NCBI RefSeq assembly: GCF_963921235.1
Contig: NC_086097.1
Coordinates: 230,022,001-230,086,000, forward strand
DNA: 64,000 bases
From: Mobula hypostoma
Lineage: Eukaryota
Direction: 5' to 3'
A model generated the notes under the pieces. That model had not been told where the DNA came from and ran no database searches. It saw only the letters and a list, made by a program, of their open reading frames with translations. This document shows positions 1-12,138 of the stretch, piece after piece. A program made the position numbers and the translations under genes. Numbering within the stretch: position 1 is the stretch's first letter; the number at the start of each line of letters is the position of its first letter.

Positions 1-330
1 GTTGTTAATGTGACACCACTCAACCAGCTAATTTATCTCACTCCTTTATGCCTCCTTGCCACCATCTGAAATACTGTCAATAAGAGTTGTGTAATCAGCA
101 AATTTATAGAAGGTGTTTTGAGCTGTGCCTGGCCATAAAGTGGTGGGTATAGAGAGAGTAGAGTAGTGGGCTAAGCACACATCCATGAGGTGCACCACTG
201 TGGACAGTCAGTGAGATGTTATTTCCAATCTGCACTGACTATGGTCTCCCAGTGAAGTAGTCAAGGATTCAGTTGCAGAGGGAGGTACAGAGGCCCAGGT
301 TCAAGAGCTTTTTTTGGAATAAAACTGAGG
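1..330 (-). mobile_element. Degraded L2-clade LINE reverse transcriptase fragment (runs off window start)
   Basis: Minus strand reads ...YKFADYTTLIDSISDGGKEA* (a decayed FADD region), resembling the + strand L2 fragment at 54.6-55.9 kb; contains stops. Confidence 0.55.
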
Positions 331-1904
331 GTATGATGCAAACCGTGATACTGTGGAAGCATTTCTGTGGGCTGCTGAACTTGAGATACTTTAGTTCTGA
401 ACCCCTCTCTATTATCAGCGGAAAAGACTTCAGCAAGGTAGGAGGAGACCATGTAAAGCAGTTGGGGCTGGTTCCATACTGCTCAGAGATGTCACATGGT
501 GAGGTTAACATCCTCTGTTCACTTGGAAGAAACAAACCCACACCGAGTGAGGGAGTAGCTCTTAAGCCATTAGGTGGAGGCGGTTGAGCAACTGATTAGC
601 TCCTTAGTCTTTAATTCTCATAAAATGGGTCTATTGTTTTTCTTCACAGTGCAAACTATGGCAGACTCCAGGGCAGCCCATAAGCTGTGGGTGCATATGA
701 GAGACACCTCTAGACAGAGGTCCAGCAGCAAACCCAACCCCTAAGGAACAAAAGGTGGATGCAAGGCTCACTGGAGCTTGCCAACAGCCATGATATATAC
801 AATCTTTAATGCTGTAAGAAAAAAACTTCTATGTTCCAAGTGCCCAGATCCCCCACAGTGCTTCCTTTTCTCCTTCTCAATTCTCATCTGCTGCTTTCAC
901 TTTGGCATTCTGCCTATGTCACTGTGAAGCCTCTAAGCTATTCTATTTTATTATCTTTTATGATTTTGACAAGTTTCATATCAGCTTCGAACTTCAGCTG
1001 CCACATCCTTTACACAAGTCCACCAACAGATGAAAAATAATTAGCAATTTCCAAAAAAAGCTTTTGTGAAAACCTCAATGAAAATTATCTACCCACTGCA
1101 TTTAGTTTCTTATTAACTGACGAATTTTGGATCCCTGATCTCACTTTCCACAAACTTCACTGTTTTCAATATTTTTGAACAAACCACCAGTAGGCCACAT
1201 CCCCAAAAGCCTTCTGAAAGTCCATATACTCCTGCCATGCATTACCTCAAAAGTTTAAAATCAGATTTGTCAGACGTTTCTGTTGCCTTTTCTTGATTAA
1301 GCCCCAACTTCACAAATGAAAACCACATCCCGATATTGATCTCCAACAACTTCCCTCCCAATAGTGCCAGACTGAATGAACTGTAACTCATTGTTAGAGC
1401 TTTTCTTTCATATATGGTACTCTTACATTAGCAAATCTCCAGTCCTCCAAGATCAGTGTTCTCATTAAGGGTAGGGCTGGGGGTGAAGTGACATCTGAAA
1501 CAAAAACAAAAATTAATATCAGTACTGATGACCAGAAATCTAATTAGATTACTGTCAAAACAGATGATTCACCAATGCCTAATGATACCTGACTGGATAC
1601 AAACACTGTCAAGGTCTTCCATAACTGATACCACTTGTTTTAATGCTCACCAATCTCAACTGCATACCACTCTAGAGAAAAAGAAATCTGGTTGATTCTT
1701 AACACGATTGTCCATCCAAAATATAGAGAGGAGCTATAAGCTGCCTGAAAGGATGGAGCAGTAAAACTTATGATATTAAAAATATATCCAGAGATGACAC
1801 ACCGTGAAGAAGGGAGTGCAAGATTTAAAAAGTCATTTATAGCAAACCCAGACCAGGGCTGAATTAAGTCCTTCTCAATACAAGGAGAAGGCTAATGAAG
1901 AAGG

Positions 1905-2246
1905 CTACATCACTCACCTTATGCCCTTTTCTCACTGTTACCATCAGTAGGAGATACAGAAGCCTGAAGGCGCACACTCAGCGATTCAGGAACAGCTTCT
2001 TCCCCTCTGCCATCCAATTCCTAAATGGACATTGAAGCTTTCGACACTACCTCAAATTTTTTTAAATATACAGTATTTCTGTTTATGCACATTTTTAATA
2101 ATCTATTCAACAGATGTAATTGATTTACTTGTTTTATTTTATTTATTATTTTTCTCTCTGCTAGATTATGTATTGTATTAAACTGCTGCTGCTAAGCTAA
2201 CAAATTTCATGTCACACACCGGTGATAATAAACCTGATTTTGATTA
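1905..2246 (+). mobile_element. L2-type LINE 3' end fragment
   Basis: Contains 'ttcaggaacagcttcttcccctctgccatc' and ends GATAATAAACCTGATTTTGATT; the same type of tail occurs at ~41830 (minus) and ~55935. Confidence 0.55.
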
Positions 2247-2769
2247 TCTGCTATGTTCAGTAAAGTAAAAATGCTTCATATTGTTACCACTAGGTGGAGA
2301 CTACTTTGTTTAAAACTGCGTACGAATATTAAGCTTGCCATAATTCAGTTTTCTAATGAGCACTGGTTTTCTGGAACATTTCATTACAGGATAAATGACA
2401 TCATCAAGAGTGCAGTTCAACAGAAGACAACACAAACTACTTATGTAATCTGAAAAAGCCAATAATAAATAGAATTTTTCACGTTCCCTCTGTACAAAGG
2501 AGGTACCAGCCTAAGAGAATGCAACAGATTCTTAAAAATTCAACTATGTGTCACATGTACCCATCAAGAAGTGAAACCTAGCTTATTAAGCCAGACGTGA
2601 AAGCATAAAAAAAAACTCGACAACTTAGGTTAATTGACCAGATGTGTTATAACAGCTGCTGTTTTTTTGGGGCTCGATTGCAGCTCCGAAGTGTGTGTCT
2701 CAAAATGGAGCTGGTCTGCTGAAGGCATTGATCAGGAACTAAAGGCACGTTGCCTGCATTTGCTGTCCT

Positions 2770-3800
2770 TAGCGAACCATGTTGAGAAAAGAAAGAATTA
2801 ATGTTTCCAGCTGATACCCACTTATCAGTGGCAGATTTAATAGATCACAAGAAAATACAGAATCATGGGGGAGAGAGAAAGAGAGAGGAAAAACAGACAA
2901 TGTGCAGATCTGAGATAGAACTCTAACTGAAGAAATGTGGAGGGGGTGGTGCTCTGTGTAAAGGGATAAGGGACGGTGCAGTTGGTTGCAGAATAGAGGC
3001 TCTATGGACCCCTCCATTAATGATATTGGTCCATGGTATAATAGAGGTTGGGAACCCGTGCTCTAGAAGGTTGTGAGAACTCAACCAAAAACTGTTTAAA
3101 TTCACTAGAATAAAACAATTTTTTGGGGTGGAATTGAGAATTCAAAGGGCAAGTGGCAGCTCCAGAATATGCTTGTAGACTGAATAGGGTGATTTGGCTA
3201 AAACCATGTTCAGGCTTCCCACTGCCAAAGATACCACATTCTAAGCAGCAAATGCAATGCACTGGAGTTGTTTTTCCATGATAGAGTTCGCTGAATTCTG
3301 TCTAAGTATAGAGGGAGAAGGAATGGAAAAGACAGTTATCATACCCTTTAACCTTTTATGGGAAGATAGAGAGGGAAGAGAAACAGCTATTATTAAAGAG
3401 CAGATTAAGATGATCAAGGAGGGAACAGTTCTCTTAGAATGAAAATGGAGAAGTAACTAGATGTTATTTTTAATAGTTACATATTAGTGTAGGTCATGAA
3501 AATCACCTTATTCTTGTCAGAGTTCACTGGTGTGGAAACTGGTGAGATTCAAGTTGAGGGTACTGGGGAACCTCAATTCTTGGGGGAAGGCAAATGTTTA
3601 GAGTCTTAGTTGCTATAGTTAAATGCCCCTGTGGAAGGCAGCATCATATACTTGGCGTTTCAGAAAAACTGATAGGGAGTCCTTACAGCAGACAGGGTGG
3701 GCAGATCTGAAATCAATGTGGGACTCAGTGGACTTCAGTTGACATTGGTGGACAGTTCACATTTGCAATGAAGTGTGGAGGTGGGCAAGGAAAAATTTTT
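2770..3800 (-). mobile_element. Ancient, heavily decayed Penelope-like element (PLE) fragment
   Basis: Minus strand 3660-3755 gives decayed LSTNV..(K)PT.SH...HPVCCKDS, resembling the PLE RT segment KPTDSH..LDY.SSHP..CK..IP; purine-rich 3' region like the younger PLE copies. Confidence 0.4.
2995..3061. mobile_element. Partial small (~80 bp) hAT-type MITE
   Basis: Contains ATGGACCCC..ATTAA..GGTCCATGG and GGTTGGGAACCC; same family as the nested copy at 50458-50536. Confidence 0.45.
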
Positions 3801-5062
3801 TAAAAAGCAAATAAAATGGACTAAATGAAATTGAACAAGTGGACAAAATTTTGAACCAAAAGAAATGCAGGGGTATTTAAAGGATTGTAAATTTGTCCAA
3901 CTAAAAATACAATGATGCCTATACTTAAAATGGAAGGAAACACCACAAAGATTACAAGTAGTTTTTTTTTGTTAAATATAAAAATAGTCTTTGCATTTGA
4001 TTGCTTAATCTCTAAAAGTGTAAAGTAACTTTTATCAGCACTTTAAAGCACAGGAGAAGAGCAGAATGTCCTGAAGCCAAATCGAAGGCAGACAACTTTA
4101 CATTGCAAATGAATTACTGGGCCTCGTCATATGGAACTACAACTAATGACTGAAGTGTTGAGCAAAGATGAACAGATGCCCCAAATCTGAAGTAGTGTCG
4201 ATAGCACACAGTTAGCAAAAAGATTTGGTGCAGGAAAAACCTCAAAAATTTTTACAAAGCTGGCAATCTCTCAGTAGGTTTAGTCACACTGTTGTATATT
4301 TAATTATATGTTATATATGCACTTTGTCAACTTGTACAAAATTAATAATGTTAATAATTCTGTGTTAATATTATTTTATGTGCTGTATTTGATATGTACT
4401 GTGGTCCCTGAGGAACATAGTTTCATTTAGCTGTATACAGTTGAATGACAAACTTGAACTATAGTTTCTTCCTATTTTCTACTAGTTAATTTCATTTCCC
4501 GTCTGGGTATTTCTAATACAAAAATCATTTTTTGATAAGAGTAGACTTTAGCTGTGAAATGTGCCTCATCAACCTGCAGCATCATTAGTTGCTGGGAATG
4601 GAACATTATTCCAAAGCTTCCATCACCACTGAGGTAACCAACTTTGTTGTAAATACTTTCATTTTAATTTCTATCAAGAGGTCTCCAAAAGAAATTGTCC
4701 AATTAATAGTGATTCATGGTGATTTTTTACAGTGTGAACTTCTGGTTTGAAACTGCATTGCAATATTGTTGAAATACATTTGCTTGATGCAATACTAAAT
4801 CAAAGTTCCCTCCCTGGGGTCTATGTACTCCTCAGTTAATGGTAAGGCTTCATGGCATTTAAAAAAATAGGGTTGGAAACCTTGGCTCTGCAGCCAATTG
4901 AAGATGAAATAGGATTGAAAGGACATAGCAGCAGCATATAAAATTGGTGAATCATCCAGCAACTTAAAACGACAGCATTGATGAAAATTTTATGAATCTG
5001 ACCAAATACTATGAAAAGGATCAGGACACTGGAACCACAGAACCAAAAACAGATAAGGAGAT

Positions 5063-5366
5063 TAGTATTAGTCACATGTCCATCGAAACATAGTGAAATG
5101 TGTTGTTTCTGTCAAATCAAATCAGTGAAGATTGTGTCAGGCAGCCCACAAACGTCACAACACAAGTGTTTCTGGCGCCAACATAGGATGCCCACAACTC
5201 TAACCTACCCTAACCGCACATCTTTGGAATGTGGACGAGAAGTGGAGAAAACCTCTGTGGTCGGGGGGGGGGGGGACGTACAGACTCCTTACAATGGTGG
5301 GAATTGAACCCCGATGTAACAGGGGGAGCTGAAAAGTGTTGCGCTAACCATTAGGCTACGTGCTGT
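5063..5366 (-). mobile_element. tRNA-derived SINE (V-SINE/HE1-like)
   Basis: Minus strand has A-box TAGCCTAATGG, B-box GGTTCAATTCCC (5299-5310), and a V-domain-like CCACATTCCAAAGATGTGCGGTTAGG. Confidence 0.65.
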
Positions 5367-5444
5367 TCAATTACCTTAAATATTAAGATGCAAGTTTTTG
5401 AACCAGCTGAAAACAGCTTGTACAAACTCTACTTGTAATAACTA

Positions 5445-6140
5445 TGTAGCCCCCCACCCCGGCCAACCTCAGGGTCACTCGGCTCGCTGTCATCTAGGGA
5501 AACAGCCCTCGGCACTGCCAAGCTGGGTAATTAGTCTGTGTGGAAGCTGTGTGATGTACCCCACCCCGCCCAAATAACAGACAATACACCAGATACAATT
5601 AAATGATTTACAGTTTATAGGTATTACTGGAACTATATAATTAAGAGAGAATAAAATATAAAAGGAAAATAAAAGGCGCCACACTTATCAAAGTTCAATC
5701 TCTTCGTGCACAAACAGTTGGAGCTCAGGACCCTTCTTCACCCTGCGACCCCTTGGACCACCTCGACCCGCCGCCTGGGACCAACAACGGTGGTAGACCA
5801 GACGCTCCACACGAGTCTGTCTCTGTCTCCTCGCCAAACCCCCTCCTCGGGGTCCGATCCCGTTAGCGGACATCACAGCACCTGGTCCATCCTCTGTCTC
5901 TCTCTCCTGCCTTCTCCCCCAAAACCCCGCGCATACAGCATCTTCAAATACACCAAAAACATAACAACTATCCCAATTGGTTCGTAACATATTCTTATCA
6001 CACTCTAAACCAAAACAAGCTGCTAGCACAAAAACTTTCTCAGCATTTAACATAACAAAGAAGCATTCCCAAGTATAACATAACAAATAAGCCATTTTAA
6101 TGAGCCTATGCAGTAACATAAGAGATGAAACCCCCTTACA
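5445..6140 (-). mobile_element. Solo LTR (probably Gypsy/Ty3-type), 696 bp
   Basis: TGTA...TACA termini; 4-bp TSD ACTA at 5441-5444 and 6141-6144; no internal gag/pol. Strand is inferred from the GGGGGGCTACA end. Confidence 0.75.
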
Positions 6141-7647
6141 ACTAGATGGAAACCCCCTTACAACTAGATGGGAGGTGGTGGTTTTGCTTCAATGTAGCAT
6201 GGCACTCAAAGATTTAATAGACCGAAAGGCTGTTTCCTCTTCTTTATGCAGTCTGATGTCACACATCTGTACACCACCAGCTCAACTAAAACTTAACATA
6301 AGAAACATAGAAAACCTACAGCAGAATACAAGCCCTTCAGCCCACAATGCTGCGCCGAACATGTACTTACTTTCGAAATTACCTAGGGTTACACATAGCC
6401 CTCCATTTTTCAAAGCTGCATGTACCTATCCAGGAATCTCTTAAAAGACCCTATTGTATCCACCGTTGCAAGCAGCCTATTCCACGCACTCACCACGCTC
6501 TGCGGAAAAAAAACTTACCCCTGACATCTCCGCTGTACCTACTTCCAAGCACCTTAAAACTGTTCCCTCTTGTGTTAGCCATTTCAGCCCTGGGAAAAAG
6601 CCTCTGACGATCAATGCCTCTCATCACCTTATACACCTCTAACAGGCCACCTCTCATCCTCAGTCACCCCAAGAAAAGGCCTAGTTCACTCAACCTGTTT
6701 TTGTAAGGTATGCTCCCCAATCCAGGCAACATCCTCATAAATCTCCTCTACACCCTTTCAACAGTTTCCACATCCTTCCTCTAGTGAGGTGACCAGAATT
6801 GAGTACAGTACTCCAAGTGGGGTCTGACCAGTATTCTATATAGCTGTAACATTACCTCTTGGCTCTTAAACTCAATCCCACGACTGATGAAAGCCAACAC
6901 ACTGTATGCTTTCTTAATCACAGAGTCAACCTGCGCAGCCTTTTTGAGTGTCCTATAGACTCGGACCCTAAGATCCCTCTGATCTTCCACACTGCCAAGA
7001 GCCTTACCATTAATACTATATTCTGCCATCATATTTGACCTACCAAAATGAACCACCTCACACTTATCTGGGCTGAACTCCATCTGCCACTTCTCAGCCC
7101 AGTTTTTCATCCTATCGATGTTCCGCTGTAACCTCTGACAGTCTTCCACACTATCCACAACACTCCCAACCTTTGCGTCATCAGCAAATTTACTAACCCA
7201 TCCCTCCACTTCCTCATCCAGGTCATTTATAAAAATCACTAAGAGAAGGGGTCCCAAAACAGATCCCCGAGGCACACTACTGGTCACCGATCTCCATGCA
7301 GAATATGACCCATCTACAACCACTCTTTGCCTTCTGTGGGCAAGACAATTCTGGATCCACAAAGCAAGGTACACTTGGATCCCATGTTTCCTTACTTTCT
7401 CAATAAGCCTTGCATGGGGTACCTTATCAAATGCCTTGCTGAAATCCATATACACTACGTCTACTGCTCTACCTTCATCAACATGTTTCGTCACATCCTC
7501 AAAAAATTCAATCAGGCTTGTAAGGCACAACCTGCCTTTGACAAAAACAAAAACAACTGGAATTCTGCAGATGCTGGAAATTCAAGCAACACACATCAAA
7601 GTTGCTGGTGAACGCAGCAGGCCAGGCAGCATCTCTAGGAAGAGGTA

Positions 7648-7685
7648 CAGTCGACGTTTCAGGCTGAGACCCTTCGTCAGGACTA
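7648..7685 (-). ncRNA. Minimal type-I hammerhead ribozyme motif in PLE pLTR
   Basis: Minus strand AGTC-CTGACGA-AGGGTCTCAGCCT-GAAAC-GTC-GACT: CUGANGA and GAAA cores, GUC cleavage triplet, stem I AGTC/GACT. Confidence 0.7.
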
Positions 7686-8220
7686 ACTGAAGGAAGAGTT
7701 AGTAAGAGATTTGAAAGTGGGAGGGGGAGATACAAAATGATAGGAGAAGACAGGAGGGGGAGGAATGGAGCCAAGAGCTGGACAGGTGATTGGCAAAGGG
7801 GATATGAGAGGATCATGGGACAGGAGGTCCGGGGAGAAAGACAAGGGGGGGGTGACCCAGATGATGGGCAAGGGGTATAGTCAGAGGGTCAGAGGGAGAA
7901 AAAGGAGAGTGAGAGAAAGAATGTGTATAAAAAATAAATAACAGCCCCACCTCCCTCTCGTACCCCATCTGTTATTTATTTTTATACACACATTCTTTCT
8001 CTCACTCTCCTTTTTCTCCCTCTGACTATACCCCTTGCCCATCCTCTGGGTTCCCCCCCCTTGTCTTTCTCCCCAGACCTCCTGTCCCATGATCCTCTCA
8101 TATCCCCTTTGCCAATCACCTGTCCAGCTCTTGGCTCCATTCCTCCCCCTCCTGTCTTCTCCTATCATTTTGTATCTCCCCCTCCCACTTTCAAATCTCT
8201 TACTAACTCTTCCTTCAGTT

Positions 8221-8257
8221 AGTCCTGACGAAGGGTCTCGGCCTGAAACGTCAACTG
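8221..8257 (+). ncRNA. Minimal hammerhead ribozyme motif in PLE pLTR (stem I mismatch)
   Basis: AGTC-CTGACGA-AGGGTCTCGGCCT-GAAAC-GTC-AACTG; core intact, first stem-I pair is C/A. Confidence 0.6.
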
Positions 8258-9995
8258 TGCCTCTTCCTAGAGATGCTGCCTGGCCTGCTGTGTTCACCAG
8301 CAACTTTGATGTGTGTTGCTGCCTTTGACAAAGCTGTGCTGACTATTCATGATCATATTAAGCCTCGCCAAATGTTCATAAGTCCTGCCTCTCAGGATCT
8401 TTTTCATCAACTTACCAACCACTGAAGTAAGACTCACTGATCTATAATTTCCTGGGCCATCTCTACTCCCTTTCTTGGTTAAGGGAACAACATCTGCAAC
8501 CCTCCAATCCTCCAGAACCTCCCCCGTCCCCAGTGATGATGCAAAGATCATTGCCAGAGTCTCAGTAATCTCCTCCCTCGCCTCCCACAGTAGCCTGGGG
8601 TACATCTCGTCTAGTCCTGGAGACTTAACCAACTTGAAACTTTCCAAAAACTCCAGCACATCCTCTTTCTTAATGTCTACATGCTCAAGCTTTTTAATTC
8701 ACTGTAAGTCATCCCTACAATCACTAAGATCCTTTCCGTAGTGAATACTGAAGCAAAGTATTCATTAAGTACCTCTGCTATCTCCTCCAGTTCCATACAC
8801 ACTTTTCCACTGTCATACTTGATTGGTCCTATTCTCTCACATGTTATCCTCTTGCTCTTCACATACTTGTAGAATGCCTTGGTGTCTTCCTTAATCCTGC
8901 TTGCCAAGGCCTTCTCATGGCCCCTTCTGGCTCTCCTAACTTCTCCCTTAAGCTCCTTCCTTCTAGCCTTATAACCTTCTAGATCTCTATCATTACCTAG
9001 TTTTTTGAACCTTTCGTAAGCCAATCTTTTCTTCTTGACTAGATTTTCAAGAGCCTTTGTACACCACAGTTCCTGTACCCTACCATCCTTTCTGTCTCAT
9101 TGGAACGTACCTGTGTAGAACGCCACACAAATATCCCCCGAACATTTACTATATTTCTGCCGTACATTTCTCTAAGAACATCTGTTCCCAATCTATGCTT
9201 CCAGATTCCTGGCTGATAGCTTCATATTTCCCCTTACTCCAATTAAACACTTTCTTAACTTGTCTGTTCCTATCCCTCTCCAATGATATGGTAAAGGAGA
9301 TAGAATTATGATCACCATCTCCAAAATGCTCTCCCACCGAGAGACCTGACACCTGATCAGGTTAATTTCTCAATACTAGATCAAGTACAGCCTCTTCTCT
9401 TGTAGGCTTATCTACATATTGTGTCAGGAAATCTTCCTGAATACACCTTACAAACTCCACACCATCTAAACCCCTTGCTCTAGGGAGATGCCAATCAATA
9501 TTTGGGAAGTTAAAATCTCCCACTACAACACCCTTGTTATTATTACACCGTGCCAGAATCTGTCTCCCTATCTGCTCCTCGATGTCCCTGTTACTATTGG
9601 GTGGTCTATAAAAAAAAACACCAAGTAGATTTATTGACCCCTTCCTGTTTCTAACTTCCACCCACAGAGACTCAGTAGACAATCCCTCCATGACTTCCTC
9701 CTTTTCTGCAGCTGTGATACTATCTCTGATCAACAGTGCCACGCCCCCACCTCTTTTGCCTCCCTCCCTGTCCTTTCTGAAACATCTAAAGCCTGGCACT
9801 CGCAGTAACCATTCCTGCCCCTGAGCCATCCAAGTGTCTGTAATGGCCACAACATCACAGCTCCAAGTACTGATCCACACTCTAACCTCATCTGCTTTGT
9901 TCATGATGCTTCTTGCATTAAAATAGACAGATTTTAATTAGTCTGAGCCATTAGTCTGAGCGTATCCCTTCTCTATCACCTGCCTATCCTCCCCC

Positions 9996-10980
9996 TCACA
10001 CTGTCTCCAAGCTTTCTCTAAATGGGAGCCAACTGCCCCTTCCTCCATCTATTGAGTTTGGTTCCCACCCCCAGCAATTCTTGTTTAACCTTTCCCCAAC
10101 AGCCTTAGCAAACCTCCCAGCCAGGATATTGGTCCCCCTCGGATTCAAGTGCAACACATCCTTTTTGTACAGGTCACGCCTGTCCCAAAAGAAGTCCCAA
10201 TGTTCCAGAAATCTGAATCCTTGCCCCCTGCTCCAATCCTTTAGCCACGCATTTATCCTCCACCTCATTCTATTCCTACACTCACTGTCACGTGGCACAG
10301 GCAGTAATCCCGAGATTACTACCTTTGAGGTCCTGCTTCTCAACTTCCTTCCTAACTCCCTGTAGTCTGTTTTCAGGACCTCCTCCCTTTTCCTACCTAT
10401 GTCATTGGTACCAATATGTACCATGACCTCTGACTGTTCACCTTCCCACTTCTGGATATTGTGGATACGATCAGAAACATCCCGGACCCTGGCACCTGGG
10501 AGGCAAACTACCATTCGTTTTCTTTCCTGCATCCACAGAATTGCCTGTCTGACCCCCTAACTATAGAGTTCCCTATTACTGCTGCCTTCTTCCTTCCCTA
10601 CCCTTCTGAGCCACAGGGCCAGACTCTGTGCCAGAGGTGCAGCCATCGTTGCTTCCCCCGGGTAGGCCGTCTCCCCCAACAGTACTCAAACAGGAGTACT
10701 TATTGTTCAGGGGGACAGCCACAGGGGTACTCTCTATTATCTGACTCCTGCCCGCCCCTCTCGGAACTGTTACCCTCTTATCTGTCTCCCAAGGCCCCGG
10801 TGTGATTACTTGCCTATAGCTCCTCACTTTCCTTGACCAGATGAAGGTCATTGAGCTGCATCTCCAGTTCTCTAACACGGTCCCTAAGGAGCTGCAGCTC
10901 GACACACCTGGCACAGATGTGGCCGTCCAGGAGCCTTCCCACATCTGACACCCAGTACAGAACACCGGCCTCACAGACAT
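9996..10980 (-). pseudogene. CR1 ORF1 (zinc-finger/leucine-zipper plus SGNH/GDSL esterase domain), frameshifted
   Basis: ORFs MSVRPVFCTGCQMWE, HICARCVELQLLRDRVRELE, and CLPGARVRDV..HIGTNDIG..LHLNPRG. Confidence 0.85.
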
Positions 10981-11459
10981 ACTTCCTGTTTCTATTCCTC
11001 ACAGGCAACTTACCTCGCCTCAACCCGTTATCGCCGAAGCCCACATGAGCCAAAGCCCTACCACTCTGCCTCAGATCACTCCATCAGTGACCGCTCCGCT
11101 AGACAGTATCTCTCTTTCATGCCTGAACCTTCCCTGCTATTTAACTCAGGATTGGTGTTTCATGATAGGCCACGTACAAACACTCTCAAAGATTCTTTTT
11201 TATATAACCGCCACAGACCTGCGAGAAATCCCTCTTGGTGAAGCTCTGTTGACGCCGCTGATAGGCCACGTACAATGACATTAATACAATTAACATGACA
11301 TTAATACTGTACAATTGTGTTGTAAAAGCAGCATTAGACCCGTACAAAAAAGGCTACCATTTCCGGTTTCGACTGAAAACTGAAGGATTAGTGATCTAAC
11401 TCATACCTTTTGGACATGTTTTAAGTTGTATTTCCTCCTACTGAAGAAACTGAAAACCA

Positions 11460-12138
11460 ACAATGGCTCAATCACCCCTTAACCATCAGGCTCTTGAACC
11501 AAAGAGGACAATTTCACTTGCTCCGTCATTGAAACGTTCCCACAACCAATGAACTCACGCTCAAGGATTCTTCATCTCATGTTCTCAATATTAAGTAAAG
11601 GCATCCGTTAGTCTTGCGAGACCATGGATCTGCGCCTGGAAAGTCTTCACTCTCCAGGGTGCAGGCCTGGGCAAGGTTGTATGGAAGACCAGCAGTTGCC
11701 CATGCTGCAAGTCTCCCCTCTCCATGACACCAATGTTGTCCAAGGGAAGGGCATTAGGACCCATACAGCTTGGCACCAGTGTCGTCGCAGAGCAATGTGT
11801 GATTAAGTGCCTTGCTCAAGGACACAACACATTGCCTCAGCTGGGGCTCGAACTCACGACCTTCAGGTCACTAGTCCAATGCCTTAACCACTTGGCCATG
11901 TGCCCACACTCTCAATATTTATTGCTTATTTATTTATCACTATTATTTCTTCTTTTTGTGTTTGCATAATTTGTTGTCTTCTACAGTCTGGCTGAACGTC
12001 CTAGTTGGGCGGTCTTTCATTGCCTCTGTTATGATTATTGTTCTACAAATTCATTGAGTATGCCCGTGAGAAAAAGAATCTCAGGGCTGTATGTGGTGAC
12101 ATGTATGTACTTCGATAATAAATTTACTTTGAACTTTA
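11460..12138 (+). mobile_element. L2-type LINE 3' end fragment, split by a SINE
   Basis: Ends GATAATAAATTTACTTTGAACTTT; sequence continues across the SINE TSD. Confidence 0.55.
11593..11909 (-). mobile_element. tRNA-derived CORE-like SINE with RTE-like 3' end
   Basis: A-box TGGCCAAGTGG (11888-11898), B-box AGTTCGAGCC (11845-11854), CORE-like GTGTCCTTGAGCAAGGCACTTAA; 10-bp TSD TCTCAATATT at 11583-11592 and 11910-11919. Confidence 0.8.

Larger units (their letters stand above)
7546..8318. mobile_element. Penelope-like element pLTR fold-back dimer (two ~370-bp inverted arms)
   Basis: Arms 7546-7942 and 7944-8318 are reverse complements; 14-bp TSD CTGCCTTTGACAAA at 7532-7545 and 8319-8332; same sequence as the PLE 3' end at 44017-44555. 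Confidence 0.85.
6420..9930 (-). pseudogene. CR1 ORF2 (APE endonuclease plus reverse transcriptase), disrupted
   Basis: ORF 9362-9904 (YRPPN, VGDFNFP, LDLVL), ORF 8294-8659 (KSPGLD, NYRSVSLTS), ORF 6781-7530 (DFSKAFDKV, GSVLGP, KFADD). Confidence 0.9.
6300..11289 (-). mobile_element. Near-full-length CR1 LINE (copy 1), interrupted by a PLE fold-back insertion
   Basis: 5' UTR, ORF1 (CxxC/coiled coil plus SGNH esterase), ORF2 (APE endonuclease plus RT with FADD), and a 3' (TTCTATG)-like tail at ~6300; candidate TSD TTAACAT at 6293-6299 and 11290-11296. Confidence 0.95.

Noticed and set aside
5688..6119. 143-aa ORF
   Set aside because: Lies inside the solo LTR, with no gag, pol or env motifs
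11838..11909. tRNA-like sequences here and at 5295-5366
   Set aside because: They are SINE heads: A and B boxes run into SINE body sequence, and the 11.6-11.9 kb copy has a TSD; not tRNA genes
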